Shown here one piece after another: positions 20,460-29,034 of a stretch of DNA of 32,000 nucleotides. Below the pieces are notes generated by a model. It had not been told where the DNA came from. It did no database searches and saw only the letters and a list, made by a program, of their open reading frames with translations. The position numbers and the translations under genes were made by a program. Position 1 is the first letter of the stretch; the number at the start of each line of letters is the position of its first letter. The stretch is taken from contig NC_017080.1 of assembly GCF_000284115.1 (NCBI RefSeq), positions 3,600,001 through 3,632,000 of the forward strand, read 5' to 3'. The DNA comes from Phycisphaera mikurensis NBRC 102666 (GTDB lineage: Bacteria; Planctomycetota; Phycisphaerae; Phycisphaerales; Phycisphaeraceae).

Positions 20460-21343
20460 GTGGTGGGCGACTCCGCCGGGAGGACCCCGTTCGCGCGGAA
20501 GAACGCTTCGGCGTCGCGGAAGAATTGCGAGGGCATCGGATTCAGGTGGCTCAGCCGGTAGGTGTGGAAGGTGGCGTCGGGCCGGGCCGCCGCGTTGGCC
20601 TCGCCCATCGCGTAGGGCAGCACCTCGTCGATCTCGGAGTGCACGATCAGGACCGGCCCTTCGTAGAGGGCCAGCGCGGCGGTGACGTCCCAATCGTCGC
20701 GGATCAGGAAGCCGGGCACCCACAGGCTCCACGCGATCCGCGAGATGGAGGTGTAGGTGCTCTCGAGGATCAGCGCCGCCGCGGCCGGCCGCTGCGCGGC
20801 GACGGTCGCGACGATGCCGCCGCCCATGCTCCGGCCGTGGAGCACGATCCCGGCCGGGTCGACCCGCGGGTCGGCCGCGAGCCGGTCGAAGAAGGCGAGG
20901 TGGTCCGCGGTGATGCCCCTCTTGGTCGCTCTCCCGGTCGAGTGTCCGCAGCCGCGGTACTCCACGAGCAGCACCGAGACGCCCAGCGCGCGGTACATCG
21001 GGAACGCCTCCTCGTAATCCTCGATGAACTCCGCGTTGCCGTGGGCAAAGAGCACCACGGGCCCGGGCGCGGCCTCGCTCACGCCCTCGCCGGGATAGAA
21101 GTGCGCCGCGGTGCGGCCCTCCCCGTGCTCCGCCCACCAACGCTCGGCCCCGGGCGGCAGGTCCAGCTCCGCCCTTGGCTTCATGTGCTGCGCGGGGTAG
21201 AGCAGCGAACGCTCCAGCAGCATGATCAGCCCGCCGGAGAGCAGGAACAGGACGCCCACGAGCGGGCCGAGGCGCCGCAGCGAGCGGGCGAAGCCGCGGC
21301 GACGCGGGCGGGATTGCGGGTCGGGGTCGGAAGCGGCCTGCAT
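20456..21343 (-). CDS. Membrane-anchored alpha/beta-fold hydrolase, unknown substrate
   Basis: N-terminal TM helix LGPLVGVLFLLSGGLIMLL. Nucleophile elbow GRSMGG. HGNAEF oxyanion region. Translationally coupled to uraH. Confidence 0.7.
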   Translation of the reverse strand: MQAASDPDPQSRPRRRGFARSLRRLGPLVGVLFLLSGGLIMLLERSLLYPAQHMKPRAELDLPPGAERWWAEHGEGRTAAHFYPGEGVSEAAPGPVVLFAHGNAEFIEDYEEAFPMYRALGVSVLLVEYRGCGHSTGRATKRGITADHLAFFDRLAADPRVDPAGIVLHGRSMGGGIVATVAAQRPAAAALILESTYTSISRIAWSLWVPGFLIRDDWDVTAALALYEGPVLIVHSEIDEVLPYAMGEANAAARPDATFHTYRLSHLNPMPSQFFRDAEAFFRANGVLPAESPTT

Positions 21344-21462
21344 CGGCCGAGGCTACGGGGAAGCGGGAGAGAGCGAGAGAAAGAAAGATTGACAGAGAGG
21401 CACAGTTCCAGGCGGCCTTGCCGCGGCCGCCGGAGGCGGCACTTGCTGACTTCCTCTCTTCC

Positions 21463-22008
21463 TCACTCTCTCACTTCTGCGCTTGCTCCTTCCCCGTGCT
21501 CCGCCGTCAACAGCTTCGCGATCCGCAGCGCCGTGATCTTCCGCTGCTCCGCCGCGGCGACGGCGGCTTCCTTCTCCGGGGCGTTCCGCTGGCGGCGGAC
21601 GCAGGCGACGAGCATCTCGTCGGCGGTCCTGCCGGTGGCGCAGACGATGAAGGGCCAGCCGAACCTCGCCTCGTAGTTGGCGTTCTCCTCGGCCATGGCG
21701 GCTCTGGCCTCGGCGTCGGCGTCGCTCATGCCGGCCTGCTCACCCGCGGACCACTCTCGGTTGCCCGCGGACCGTGAGCGCTCGGAGCCGGGACGCTCGC
21801 CGATCCGCGGGTGGGCTTCGAAGGCTTCGAGCCAGTGGCCTTCCCCCATCGCCTCGAAGATCATCCCCGCCGCCTCGTGCAGTTCCGCGAGCGAGCGGAA
21901 GGGCCGCGAGGCGGCCATCTGCTGCGCCCACCAGCGCGTGCCGCAGCAGGCCAGGAAGGCGGCGGTGGCGTCGGTTTCGCGCAGGGCGTTCAGGTCGTTG
22001 AGCGTCAT
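21463..22008 (-). CDS. uraD: OHCU decarboxylase (2-oxo-4-hydroxy-4-carboxy-5-ureidoimidazoline decarboxylase)
   Basis: FEAHPRIGE motif and WPFIVCATGRTADEM. The ATG overlaps the allB stop (ATGA). Confidence 0.85.
   Translation of the reverse strand: MTLNDLNALRETDATAAFLACCGTRWWAQQMAASRPFRSLAELHEAAGMIFEAMGEGHWLEAFEAHPRIGERPGSERSRSAGNREWSAGEQAGMSDADAEARAAMAEENANYEARFGWPFIVCATGRTADEMLVACVRRQRNAPEKEAAVAAAEQRKITALRIAKLLTAEHGEGASAEVRE
21765..21810. repeat. 46-bp symmetric element, right arm 9/10 (CGATCCGCGG)
   Basis: Inside uraD. The variant arm encodes the conserved PRI of the HPRIGE motif. Confidence 0.7.
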
Positions 22009-23315
22009 GGCTGGAGGATGCCCGGCCCGGCCGGGCGACCGCCGATCCACGCCCGCTTCACGAGTCCGCGGACTTCGCGGCCCTCGTGCGGCGTGAGCGG
22101 GTGGCGGTGGTGGAGTTCGGCGCCGCGGACGGTCCAGCGGGCGTCGGGATCGAGGGCGACGAGGTCGGCGGGGTGGCCCTCGGCGATCCCGAAGGTCCGG
22201 CCGGCGAGCGCCGCCGGGCGCTCGCCCATCCACCGCACCACGTCGGCGAGGCCGAAGCCGCGGCGGCTCGCCTCGGCCCAGGTCGCCGCGAAGGACACCT
22301 CCAGCGAGGCGATGCCGCCCCAGGCGGCGACGAAGTCGCCCGCCTCTTGGGCCTTCATCGACGGCGGGCACGGCGAGTGGTCGCTGGCGACCAGGTCCAG
22401 CGTGCCGTCGGCGAGGCCGGCCCAGAGCATCTCCCGGTTGGCCGCGTCGCGGATCGGCGGGGCGCACTTGAACGCGGTGGCGCCGGCGGGAATCTCCTCC
22501 GCGGCGAAGCAGAGGTGGTGCGGGCAGGTCTCGGCGGTGAGCGGCAGGCCGGCGGCCTTCGCCTCGGCGATCAGCGGGAGCGACCCGGCGTCGGCCACGT
22601 GGACGACGTGCGTCCGGCAGCCGGTCTCGCGGCAGAGCCGGACGAGCAGCGCGATCGCGTCCCGCTCCATCGACGGCGGGCGGGACGCGAGCCAGGCGTC
22701 GTGCGAGCGTGGATCGGCCGGTGCCGCGGCGGGCGTGTCGGTCGCCAGCTCGGCGTGCGCGAGCAGCGGCAGGCCGCGCCGCGCGAGCGCCGCCATCGCC
22801 ACCCGCAGCTCCGCCTCCCCGGCGGCGCCGAAGGAGGCGAGCCCGCTGTCGCAGAGGAAGGCTTTGAGGCCCCACACGCCCGCGTCGAGCAGCGCCTCGA
22901 TCTCGGCCTCGCCCATGCCGCCGGTTACGCCGCCCCAGAAGCCGACGCGGCAAGAGAGCTTGTCCTTCGCCGCCGCCCGCTTCTGGGTCAGCGCCTCCGG
23001 CGTCGTCGTCACCGGCAGCGAGTTCAGCGGCATGTCGACGACGGTCGTGAAGCCACCCGCCAAGGCCGCGGCGGTGCCGGTCGCGAAGCCTTCCCACTCG
23101 GTGTTCCCCGGCTCGTTGAGGTGGACGTGGGTGTCGACGAGGCCGGGCATCAGCACGAGGTCGCCCAGGTCGGTTCCGCCCGCGGCGGCGGGATCGTCGA
23201 GCGCCAGCACCCGGGCGATCCTGCCGTCCGCGACCTCGACCGACGCCGGCCGCTCCCCCTCCGGCAGCAGCACCCGGCTGGAACGCAGGACAAGAAGCGG
23301 GACCGGGTCGGGCAC
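22005..23315 (-). CDS. allB: Allantoinase (cyclic amidohydrolase)
   Basis: GLVDTHVHLNEPGNTEWEGF, GLKAFLCDSG, LLAHAE and VASDHSPC. GTG start at 23315. Confidence 0.85.
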   Translation of the reverse strand: MPDPVPLLVLRSSRVLLPEGERPASVEVADGRIARVLALDDPAAAGGTDLGDLVLMPGLVDTHVHLNEPGNTEWEGFATGTAAALAGGFTTVVDMPLNSLPVTTTPEALTQKRAAAKDKLSCRVGFWGGVTGGMGEAEIEALLDAGVWGLKAFLCDSGLASFGAAGEAELRVAMAALARRGLPLLAHAELATDTPAAAPADPRSHDAWLASRPPSMERDAIALLVRLCRETGCRTHVVHVADAGSLPLIAEAKAAGLPLTAETCPHHLCFAAEEIPAGATAFKCAPPIRDAANREMLWAGLADGTLDLVASDHSPCPPSMKAQEAGDFVAAWGGIASLEVSFAATWAEASRRGFGLADVVRWMGERPAALAGRTFGIAEGHPADLVALDPDARWTVRGAELHHRHPLTPHEGREVRGLVKRAWIGGRPAGPGILQP

Positions 23316-23364
23316 GCGTCTACGTTACGACCGGCCTGCGCGAGTTCCTTTCAGTCGATCCACC

Positions 23365-24225
23365 ATGCACACGCTGACCCATTCGACCCACGGCAAGTCG
23401 CGCGTGCGGGTGTCCAAGATCCTGCGGCCGCGTGAGAAGCCCGCCGTGGAGGAGACGCACCGGTTCCTCGAAGCGGCCGTGGAGGTGCTTCTCGAGGGAG
23501 GCACCGACGCCGCCTACACCGACGGCGACAACGCGAACGTCGTCGCCACCGACACGGTGAAGAACACCGTCTTCGCGCTCGCCCGCGACACCGATTACGA
23601 CGACCTGCCCACGTTCGGCCGCGTTTTGGCGAACCACTTCCTCTCCCGCTACGAGCACGTGACCAAGGTGACCGTCGCGATGGAAGGCCACACCTGGCAC
23701 CGGCTGCTCGACTGCCCGCACGCCTTCACCGGCAGCGACGCCGAGGCGCGACGGGTGACGGTCGTCGCCGAACGCGGGCAGCCACTCCGCCTGGCCGACG
23801 GCTTCGGCGGGCTGATGCTCGCGAAGACCACCGCAACCTCCTTCGAGAACTTCCACCGCGACGCGTACCGCACGCTGCCCGACGCCGCCGATCGCGTGCT
23901 CGCCACGGTGCTCACCGCGAGCTGGGCCGTCAACGGATCCGCGGACCGCGACGACTTCGACGCCGTTTTCGCCACGGTCCGCGGCGCGCTGCTCACCGCC
24001 TTCGTCGACCACCACAGCGTGAGCGTCCAGGCGACGCTCTACCGCATGGCGTCGGCCGCGCTGGACGCGACGGACGCCATCGACGCCGTCACGATGTCGA
24101 TGCCCAACAAGCACCACCTGCCGGTCGATCTCTCGAAGCTCGACCGCGAGAACGACAACGTGGTGTTCCAGGTGACCGACGAGCCGGCGGGGGCGATCCA
24201 GGCGACGGTGACGCGGGGGCGGTGA
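23365..24225 (+). CDS. uox: Urate oxidase (cofactor-independent uricase)
   Basis: HGKSRVRVSKI, NVVATDTVKNTVFALA, SVSVQATLYRM and SMPNKHHLPVDL. Confidence 0.88.
   Translation: MHTLTHSTHGKSRVRVSKILRPREKPAVEETHRFLEAAVEVLLEGGTDAAYTDGDNANVVATDTVKNTVFALARDTDYDDLPTFGRVLANHFLSRYEHVTKVTVAMEGHTWHRLLDCPHAFTGSDAEARRVTVVAERGQPLRLADGFGGLMLAKTTATSFENFHRDAYRTLPDAADRVLATVLTASWAVNGSADRDDFDAVFATVRGALLTAFVDHHSVSVQATLYRMASAALDATDAIDAVTMSMPNKHHLPVDLSKLDRENDNVVFQVTDEPAGAIQATVTRGR
23939..23984. repeat. 46-bp symmetric element CCGCGGACCG-N26-CGGTCCGCGG
   Basis: Perfect arms, inside the uricase ORF. Confidence 0.85.
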
Positions 24226-24234
24226 GGCGGTGCG

Positions 24235-24942
24235 TCAGCCCTGCCCGTGGACGCCTTCGAAGACCTCAGCGAGCGCGATTCGGAAGCCCGGGAGCACGTT
24301 CCCACCGTCAAGCTCGCCACCGATGGTGATCGCCTCATCAGGTTCGTTGGGCTGGGTGTAGATGACCGCGGTGGCAGATCCGGCATCGATGATCCACATG
24401 AGGCGCGTCCCGCCGGCGAAGAGCTCGCTTCGCTTCTGGTCGATCTCCTCCTTCGTGTTTCCGCGGCTGAGGACCTCGATCACAAGATCCGGGCACAGCG
24501 GCGTCACCCGCATCAGCTTTTGCGGCAGCCGGCTCTCCTGCACATAAGAGACGTCCGGGAGGCGGACGTTGCCACCGGGCATGCGGAAGGTCGCATCGGC
24601 ACCGAATACGGCTCCGAGCCTCCGCGGACGGACGTGCGACGACAGCAAAAAAATCAAGGCTGCCGCGATTTGCGATTCGCGCACACCCATGGCCTTCTCG
24701 ACGAGCGTCCCGTGAACCAACTCGACGAGCGGCTTCTGCTCCGACGCTACCAGCGCATCTTCGGCGGTCGCGGTTCCCGGGGCGGGGTCCAGCCTGACAC
24801 GCTCGAGCGGAACCCCACCAAGAGCGGCGTGCCACGCCGCAGCCGTCAGGAATCGAATCACCTGGCGCTCCGGCTCCCGAGGCACCAACCACGCACCCTC
24901 GGGCAGAGCAACGGGAACGGTGGCAGAAAGAGCGGCTGGCAT
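24235..24942 (-). CDS. Uma2-family (DUF820) putative endonuclease
   Basis: ELVHGTLVEKAMG, LPDVSYV and PDLVIEVLSRGNTKEEIDQKRSELFAGGTRLMWIID. Visibly lower GC than its neighbours. Confidence 0.75.
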   Translation of the reverse strand: MPAALSATVPVALPEGAWLVPREPERQVIRFLTAAAWHAALGGVPLERVRLDPAPGTATAEDALVASEQKPLVELVHGTLVEKAMGVRESQIAAALIFLLSSHVRPRRLGAVFGADATFRMPGGNVRLPDVSYVQESRLPQKLMRVTPLCPDLVIEVLSRGNTKEEIDQKRSELFAGGTRLMWIIDAGSATAVIYTQPNEPDEAITIGGELDGGNVLPGFRIALAEVFEGVHGQG

Positions 24943-25060
24943 GATCCCAGCGTACGCGGCAACCCAGCGGCTTCGACCTGGATCTTGGACTTCTCTGCAT
25001 CGGCTGCCCTCGGCGACACGTGGCGAAGCGCAGAGCGCGGCGGCGGCGTTCGCATCTCAT

Positions 25061-25220
25061 CTAGAGCATCGTGCGCAATTTTCCGATCGGCCTGCGTCCG
25101 CGCGTCGTGTTCCTCGTGAGGAGGCGAAGCAGCCCTGCCCCTGCAGGGCGATGCAGCCGACGAAGCGAGGGGCACGACTCGCCCGCAGAGGCGATCGGAA
25201 GCTAGCGCACGGTGCGCTAG
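25061..25220 (+). mobile_element. 160-bp MITE-like long-palindrome repeat, copy 2
   Basis: CTAG at both ends. Right TIR partly degenerate (GGAAGCTAGCGCAC versus GGAAAATTGCGCGC). The IS element abuts its right CTAG. Confidence 0.8.
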
Positions 25221-26651
25221 CAGGCCGCTGCAGAACCCTGTCCATCGCGCTAACTTCTGAGGCTTCTTCCTCAGGAGCCTTCTCATGCGTGGCCGCGTCG
25301 CTTCCTCGTCCCCGATGTTCTTCGCGATCGACCTCGAAGAACGCATCCGCCCCGACCACCCGCTGCGGCCGATTCGCCGGATCGTCGACCGCATCCTCGG
25401 CGACATGACCGCCGACTTCGACGCGGCCTACGCCGACGTGGGCCGCCCAGGTGTCCCGCCTGAGCGGCTGCTCAAGCTCATGCTCTTGCAGGCGCTCTAC
25501 GGCGTCTCCAGCGAAGCCAAGCTCTTCGACCGCCTCGACACCGACCTGGTGTTCCGGTGGTTCTGCGGCATGGACCCCGCCGAGCCGGTCCCCGCCGCCA
25601 CCGCCTTCACCCACAACCGCGACCGGCTGATCAAGCACAAGCTCGCCGAGAAGTTCTTCACCGCCGTCACCAAGCTGGCCATCGACACGGGCAAGGTCTC
25701 CACCGAGCACTTCAGCGTCGACGGCACGCTCATCGAGAGCCACGGCTCCATCAAGAGCTTCGTGCCCAACGCCACCGCCGATGCCGCTCAAGCCCGCAAG
25801 CAGCACTGCGGCGGCGACGATCAGGACCACGACAAGGGTCCCGGCGGCACCGGTGGCTTCAAGAGCCGCAACCCCGAGCAAGACTTCCACGGCCAGAAGC
25901 GCAGCAACGCCACGCACCGCAGCGTGACCGATCCGGAGGCCAAGCTCTACCGCAAGGGCGACGGCCAGCCCGCCAAGCTCTCGCACATGGGCCACCTGCT
26001 GGTGGACAACCGCAGCGGCATCATCGTGGGGATGAAGCTCTCCGAGGCCAACGGCTTCGCCGAGCGGGAGACGGCCCTGGAACTGGTCGACACGCTCAAG
26101 ACGACCCACGGGATCAGCGCCCGCACGGTCGGAGCCGACGCCGGCTACGACGCCGGCGCGTTTCTTCGCGAGCTCGAAGACCGGGGGGCGACCCCGCACG
26201 TTGCCCCCAGCCGCGAGCGTCGGCCCGGCGGGCGGAGGGGGCCGAAGAAGGCGGACCGGCCGAAACTGGCGGCCAGGCTCCGCAACTTCCGGCGGAAGCT
26301 GCGGGACCGCGGCTACGCGATCAGCCAGCGGAAACGCAAGAAAGTGGAGGAGCCGTTTGGCTGGTTGAAGAGCCACGCACTCTTGAGCAAGGCGCGTCTG
26401 GTGGGTCGAGAGCGGATCCAACAGCAGTGGCACATCGCCGCGGCGGGGCTGACGCTGGTGAGGCTGAGGAACCTGATGGCGGCGTAGAGGCCGATGGCTG
26501 GATCGGTGGGTGATCCCACCGTGCTGCCGCCGTTCGAGCGGCTGAAAATCCCCCGACGATGCGGCGGATCACCCGCCGCTGGCCGACGAATTCGCAGACA
26601 ACCCCCGTGCCTCAAGCCAACGATCCGGCAGTGGGTTTCTGCAGCGGCCTG
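25221..26651 (+). mobile_element. IS5/IS1182-like insertion sequence (1431 bp) with 4-bp CTAG target duplication
   Basis: IRL CAGGCCGCTGCAGAACCC (25221-) versus IRR reverse complement CAGGCCGCTGCAGAAACCC (-26651). Flanking CTAG at 25217-25220 and 26652-26655. Single intact transposase ORF. Confidence 0.85.
25285..26487 (+). CDS. DDE transposase, IS5/IS1182-like (InsH-type N-terminal domain)
   Basis: IRPDHPLRPIRRIVD...PPERLLKLMLLQALYGVSSEAKL, HFSVDGTLIES, VGADAGYDAG and KVEEPFGWLK. An alternative start exists at Met11 (25315). Confidence 0.85.
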   Translation: MRGRVASSSPMFFAIDLEERIRPDHPLRPIRRIVDRILGDMTADFDAAYADVGRPGVPPERLLKLMLLQALYGVSSEAKLFDRLDTDLVFRWFCGMDPAEPVPAATAFTHNRDRLIKHKLAEKFFTAVTKLAIDTGKVSTEHFSVDGTLIESHGSIKSFVPNATADAAQARKQHCGGDDQDHDKGPGGTGGFKSRNPEQDFHGQKRSNATHRSVTDPEAKLYRKGDGQPAKLSHMGHLLVDNRSGIIVGMKLSEANGFAERETALELVDTLKTTHGISARTVGADAGYDAGAFLRELEDRGATPHVAPSRERRPGGRRGPKKADRPKLAARLRNFRRKLRDRGYAISQRKRKKVEEPFGWLKSHALLSKARLVGRERIQQQWHIAAAGLTLVRLRNLMAA

Positions 26652-26689
26652 CTAGCCCCGTCAGATGCTCCTGCGCCGGCGGGAGTCGG

Positions 26690-27967
26690 CTACGTGGAGG
26701 TGGCCAGCCGCGCCAGCGTCCTGGCCAGCACCAAAACTCCGTGGCCGATCGCCGATTCGCTCGCGAACTCGTCGGGCCGGTGCGAGACGCCACCGCGGCA
26801 GGGGATGAAGATCATCCCGGTCGGGCAGACGCGGGCCATGAACAGCGAGTCGTGGTAGGCCCGGCTGATCGTGCGCTTCGTCGTGAGCCCGGCGGCCGCG
26901 TCCGCGACGGCGTCGACGACGAGCGGATAACAGGCCGCGGGCGGGTCGGCGTTGAGCACGCGGTGGGTGGCGGTGACGCCGCGGCGTGCGCAGATCGCGT
27001 CGATCCCGTCCCGGATCTTCGCCCACGCGGCGTCGCGACGGTCGCCGTCGGTGTCGCGGAGGTCCAGCGTGAAGCGGACCCGGTTCGCGATCGAGTTGCC
27101 GTGACCGGGGTGCGGCGTGAACTCGCCGACCGTCGTGACGGTGTCGACCGCCCCGCTGCTCTTTGCCGCGGCCTCGATCGCCAGCACCATCTCCGCGGCG
27201 GCACAAAGGGCGTCGTGGCGATCGGGCATCAGCACGGCCCCGGCGTGGCCGCCGGCGCCGAGCACCTCGAATTCGGCGGCGAGCGGGGCCGCGATCGCGG
27301 TGACGATGCCGATGTCCAGGCCCTCCCGCTCCAGCAGCGGGCCCTGCTCGGTGTGCAGCTCGACGAAGGCGTGGAAGTGGTCGGGCGCCAACCGCGCGTC
27401 GGCGAGGTCGCCGGAGAAGCCGGCGGCGCGGCGGACGTCGTCGAAGCTCCTGCCCTCGGGATCCGTCAGCGCCGCGACCTCCGCCGCCTCCATCGCGCCG
27501 GTCATCACCCGGCTGCCCGAGCAGCCCAGCCCGAAGCGCGTCGGCTCCTCGCTGGTGAACATCACCAGCTCGATCGGCCGGACCGGGACGAAGCCGGCTC
27601 GCTGGAGCGCCCGGATCGCCTCGAGCCCGCCGAGCACGCCGACGGTCCCGTCGTACATGCCCGAGTGCGGGATCGCGTCGTTGTGCGAGCCGGTGCCGAC
27701 GGCGCCGCTCGCCGCCGGATCGCCCCAGCGGGCGAAGGTGTTGCCCATCGGGTCGACGCGGACGGTGAGGCCGGCTTCTTCGCAGAGCCCGGTGAACCAG
27801 GCACGCATCGCGAGGTCCGGCTCGGTGAAGACGACGCGGCTCACCGCGGTCGTCGGCTCGGGCAGGCCGGCCGGCACCTCCGCCTCGGCGGAGAAGGTCG
27901 CCAGCTTCTTCAGCTCGGCCACGACGCGCGCGGCGTCCACCGCGATCTCGGGGAGCGTCGCGTTCAT
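26690..27967 (-). CDS. allC: M20-family amidohydrolase, allantoate amidohydrolase-like (AllC / carbamoylase family)
   Basis: GSHNDAIPHSGMYDGTVGVLGGLEA, MFTSEEPTRFG, HAGAVLMPDRHDA and SRAYHDS. The ATG overlaps the stop of the upstream cupin gene (ATGA). Assignment between AAH and UAH is not resolvable by eye. Confidence 0.75.
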   Translation of the reverse strand: MNATLPEIAVDAARVVAELKKLATFSAEAEVPAGLPEPTTAVSRVVFTEPDLAMRAWFTGLCEEAGLTVRVDPMGNTFARWGDPAASGAVGTGSHNDAIPHSGMYDGTVGVLGGLEAIRALQRAGFVPVRPIELVMFTSEEPTRFGLGCSGSRVMTGAMEAAEVAALTDPEGRSFDDVRRAAGFSGDLADARLAPDHFHAFVELHTEQGPLLEREGLDIGIVTAIAAPLAAEFEVLGAGGHAGAVLMPDRHDALCAAAEMVLAIEAAAKSSGAVDTVTTVGEFTPHPGHGNSIANRVRFTLDLRDTDGDRRDAAWAKIRDGIDAICARRGVTATHRVLNADPPAACYPLVVDAVADAAAGLTTKRTISRAYHDSLFMARVCPTGMIFIPCRGGVSHRPDEFASESAIGHGVLVLARTLARLATST

Positions 27968-28737
27968 GCCATCACGTCCCGGTTGACGTTCTTGCAGTAG
28001 AGGTAGGTCGCCGGTTCCGGCCCCATCGCCACGAACCACTGCGGGCAGAAGGGGGCCATCCAGATCGCGTCGCCCGCCTGCACCGGGTACCAGGACTCGG
28101 TGGGGCCGGCGCCCAGCCGGTAGACGCCGCGGCCGTGCTGCATGAAGAGGCCGTGCTCGTTGTGGTGGCTCTCCACCAGCGGGAGCGCGACGCCGGGATC
28201 GAAGGAGAAGCGGTTGACCGCGAGGTCGAACGACGCGTCCCCGGGCAGCAGCGTCTGCAGCCGGGCACCCGGGTCGCCCAGGAAGGGCTCGGCCGGCGTG
28301 TCGTCGGCGTGGCCGTGCAGGAGGCCCGGCGCGGCGACGCCCTCCGAAGCGGCGTACGCCTTCTCGAAGATCAGCACGCGGGCGGATTCCGCGACCGCCA
28401 TCTCCACCCGCTCGCCCGCGGGCAGGTACGCCCACGAATCGGCGGTCAAGCCCGTCCCTTCCACCGACAGCCCGCCCGCGAGCACGTAGACGACGCGCTC
28501 GCGGCCGTGGCCCCGCGTCGCGAGGCGCGCGCCGCCGCCGAGCGTCGCGACCGCCATCGTGAAGCCGGGCCCGCGGCCCATCGCTCCCATGGCCGGGCTG
28601 ATCAACACCGCGCCCTCGGCGGCTTCCCACCCGTGCAGCGGAGCCGTGACGTGCGTGTCCTCCGCGACGAGCGCGTGGTCCGCGGCAACGACCGTCCGCG
28701 TGTGCCCGAGGGGGTGCGTCGTCGAGTGCTCGGGCAT
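27964..28737 (-). CDS. allE: (S)-ureidoglycine aminohydrolase (bicupin, YlbA/AllE type)
   Basis: VESHHNEHGLFMQHGRGVYRL, GDAIWMAPFCPQWF and YLYCKNVNRD. Confidence 0.8.
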   Translation of the reverse strand: MPEHSTTHPLGHTRTVVAADHALVAEDTHVTAPLHGWEAAEGAVLISPAMGAMGRGPGFTMAVATLGGGARLATRGHGRERVVYVLAGGLSVEGTGLTADSWAYLPAGERVEMAVAESARVLIFEKAYAASEGVAAPGLLHGHADDTPAEPFLGDPGARLQTLLPGDASFDLAVNRFSFDPGVALPLVESHHNEHGLFMQHGRGVYRLGAGPTESWYPVQAGDAIWMAPFCPQWFVAMGPEPATYLYCKNVNRDVMA

Positions 28738-28787
28738 CGGCCGCAATGTAGAGCCGGCGGGTGGCGGCGAGGCCACCAACGCCGGGA

Positions 28788-28833
28788 TCGCGGACCGCGG
28801 CGGTTCGGGCCGCTGCGCGGCCGCGGTCCGCGG
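28788..28833. repeat. 46-bp symmetric element, left arm 9/10 (TCGCGGACCG)
   Basis: Intergenic, between MITE copy 3 and the allE start (28737). Confidence 0.7.
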
Positions 28834-28874
28834 GCGGGCTCGCGCCGCACCGCCCCGGCCTCTTGGCCGCCGGG

Positions 28875-29034
28875 CTGGAGCATCGTGCGCAATCTCCCGA
28901 TCGGCCTGCGTCCGCGCGTCGTGTTCCTCGTGAGGAGGCGAAGCAGCCCTGCCCCTGCAGGGCGATGCAGCCGACGTAGCGAGGGGCACGACTCGCCCGC
29001 AGAGGCGATCGGAAAATTGCGCGCGGTGCGCTAG
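28875..29034 (+). mobile_element. 160-bp MITE-like long-palindrome repeat, copy 3
   Basis: Bounded by CTGG and CTAG. The right CTAG contains the TAG stop codon (29031-29033, minus strand) of the upstream M20 gene. Sits inside a co-directional gene string. Confidence 0.8.

Noticed and set aside
20697-20743. Degenerate look-alikes of the 46-bp element with off-by-one spacing or altered arms: tCGCGGATCa...GATCCGCG at 20697-20742, 16687-16731 and 20864-20910.
   Set aside because: Arm spacing deviates by 1 bp and the arms match only 7-8/10. They may be decayed copies, but they are not countable without a statistical model.
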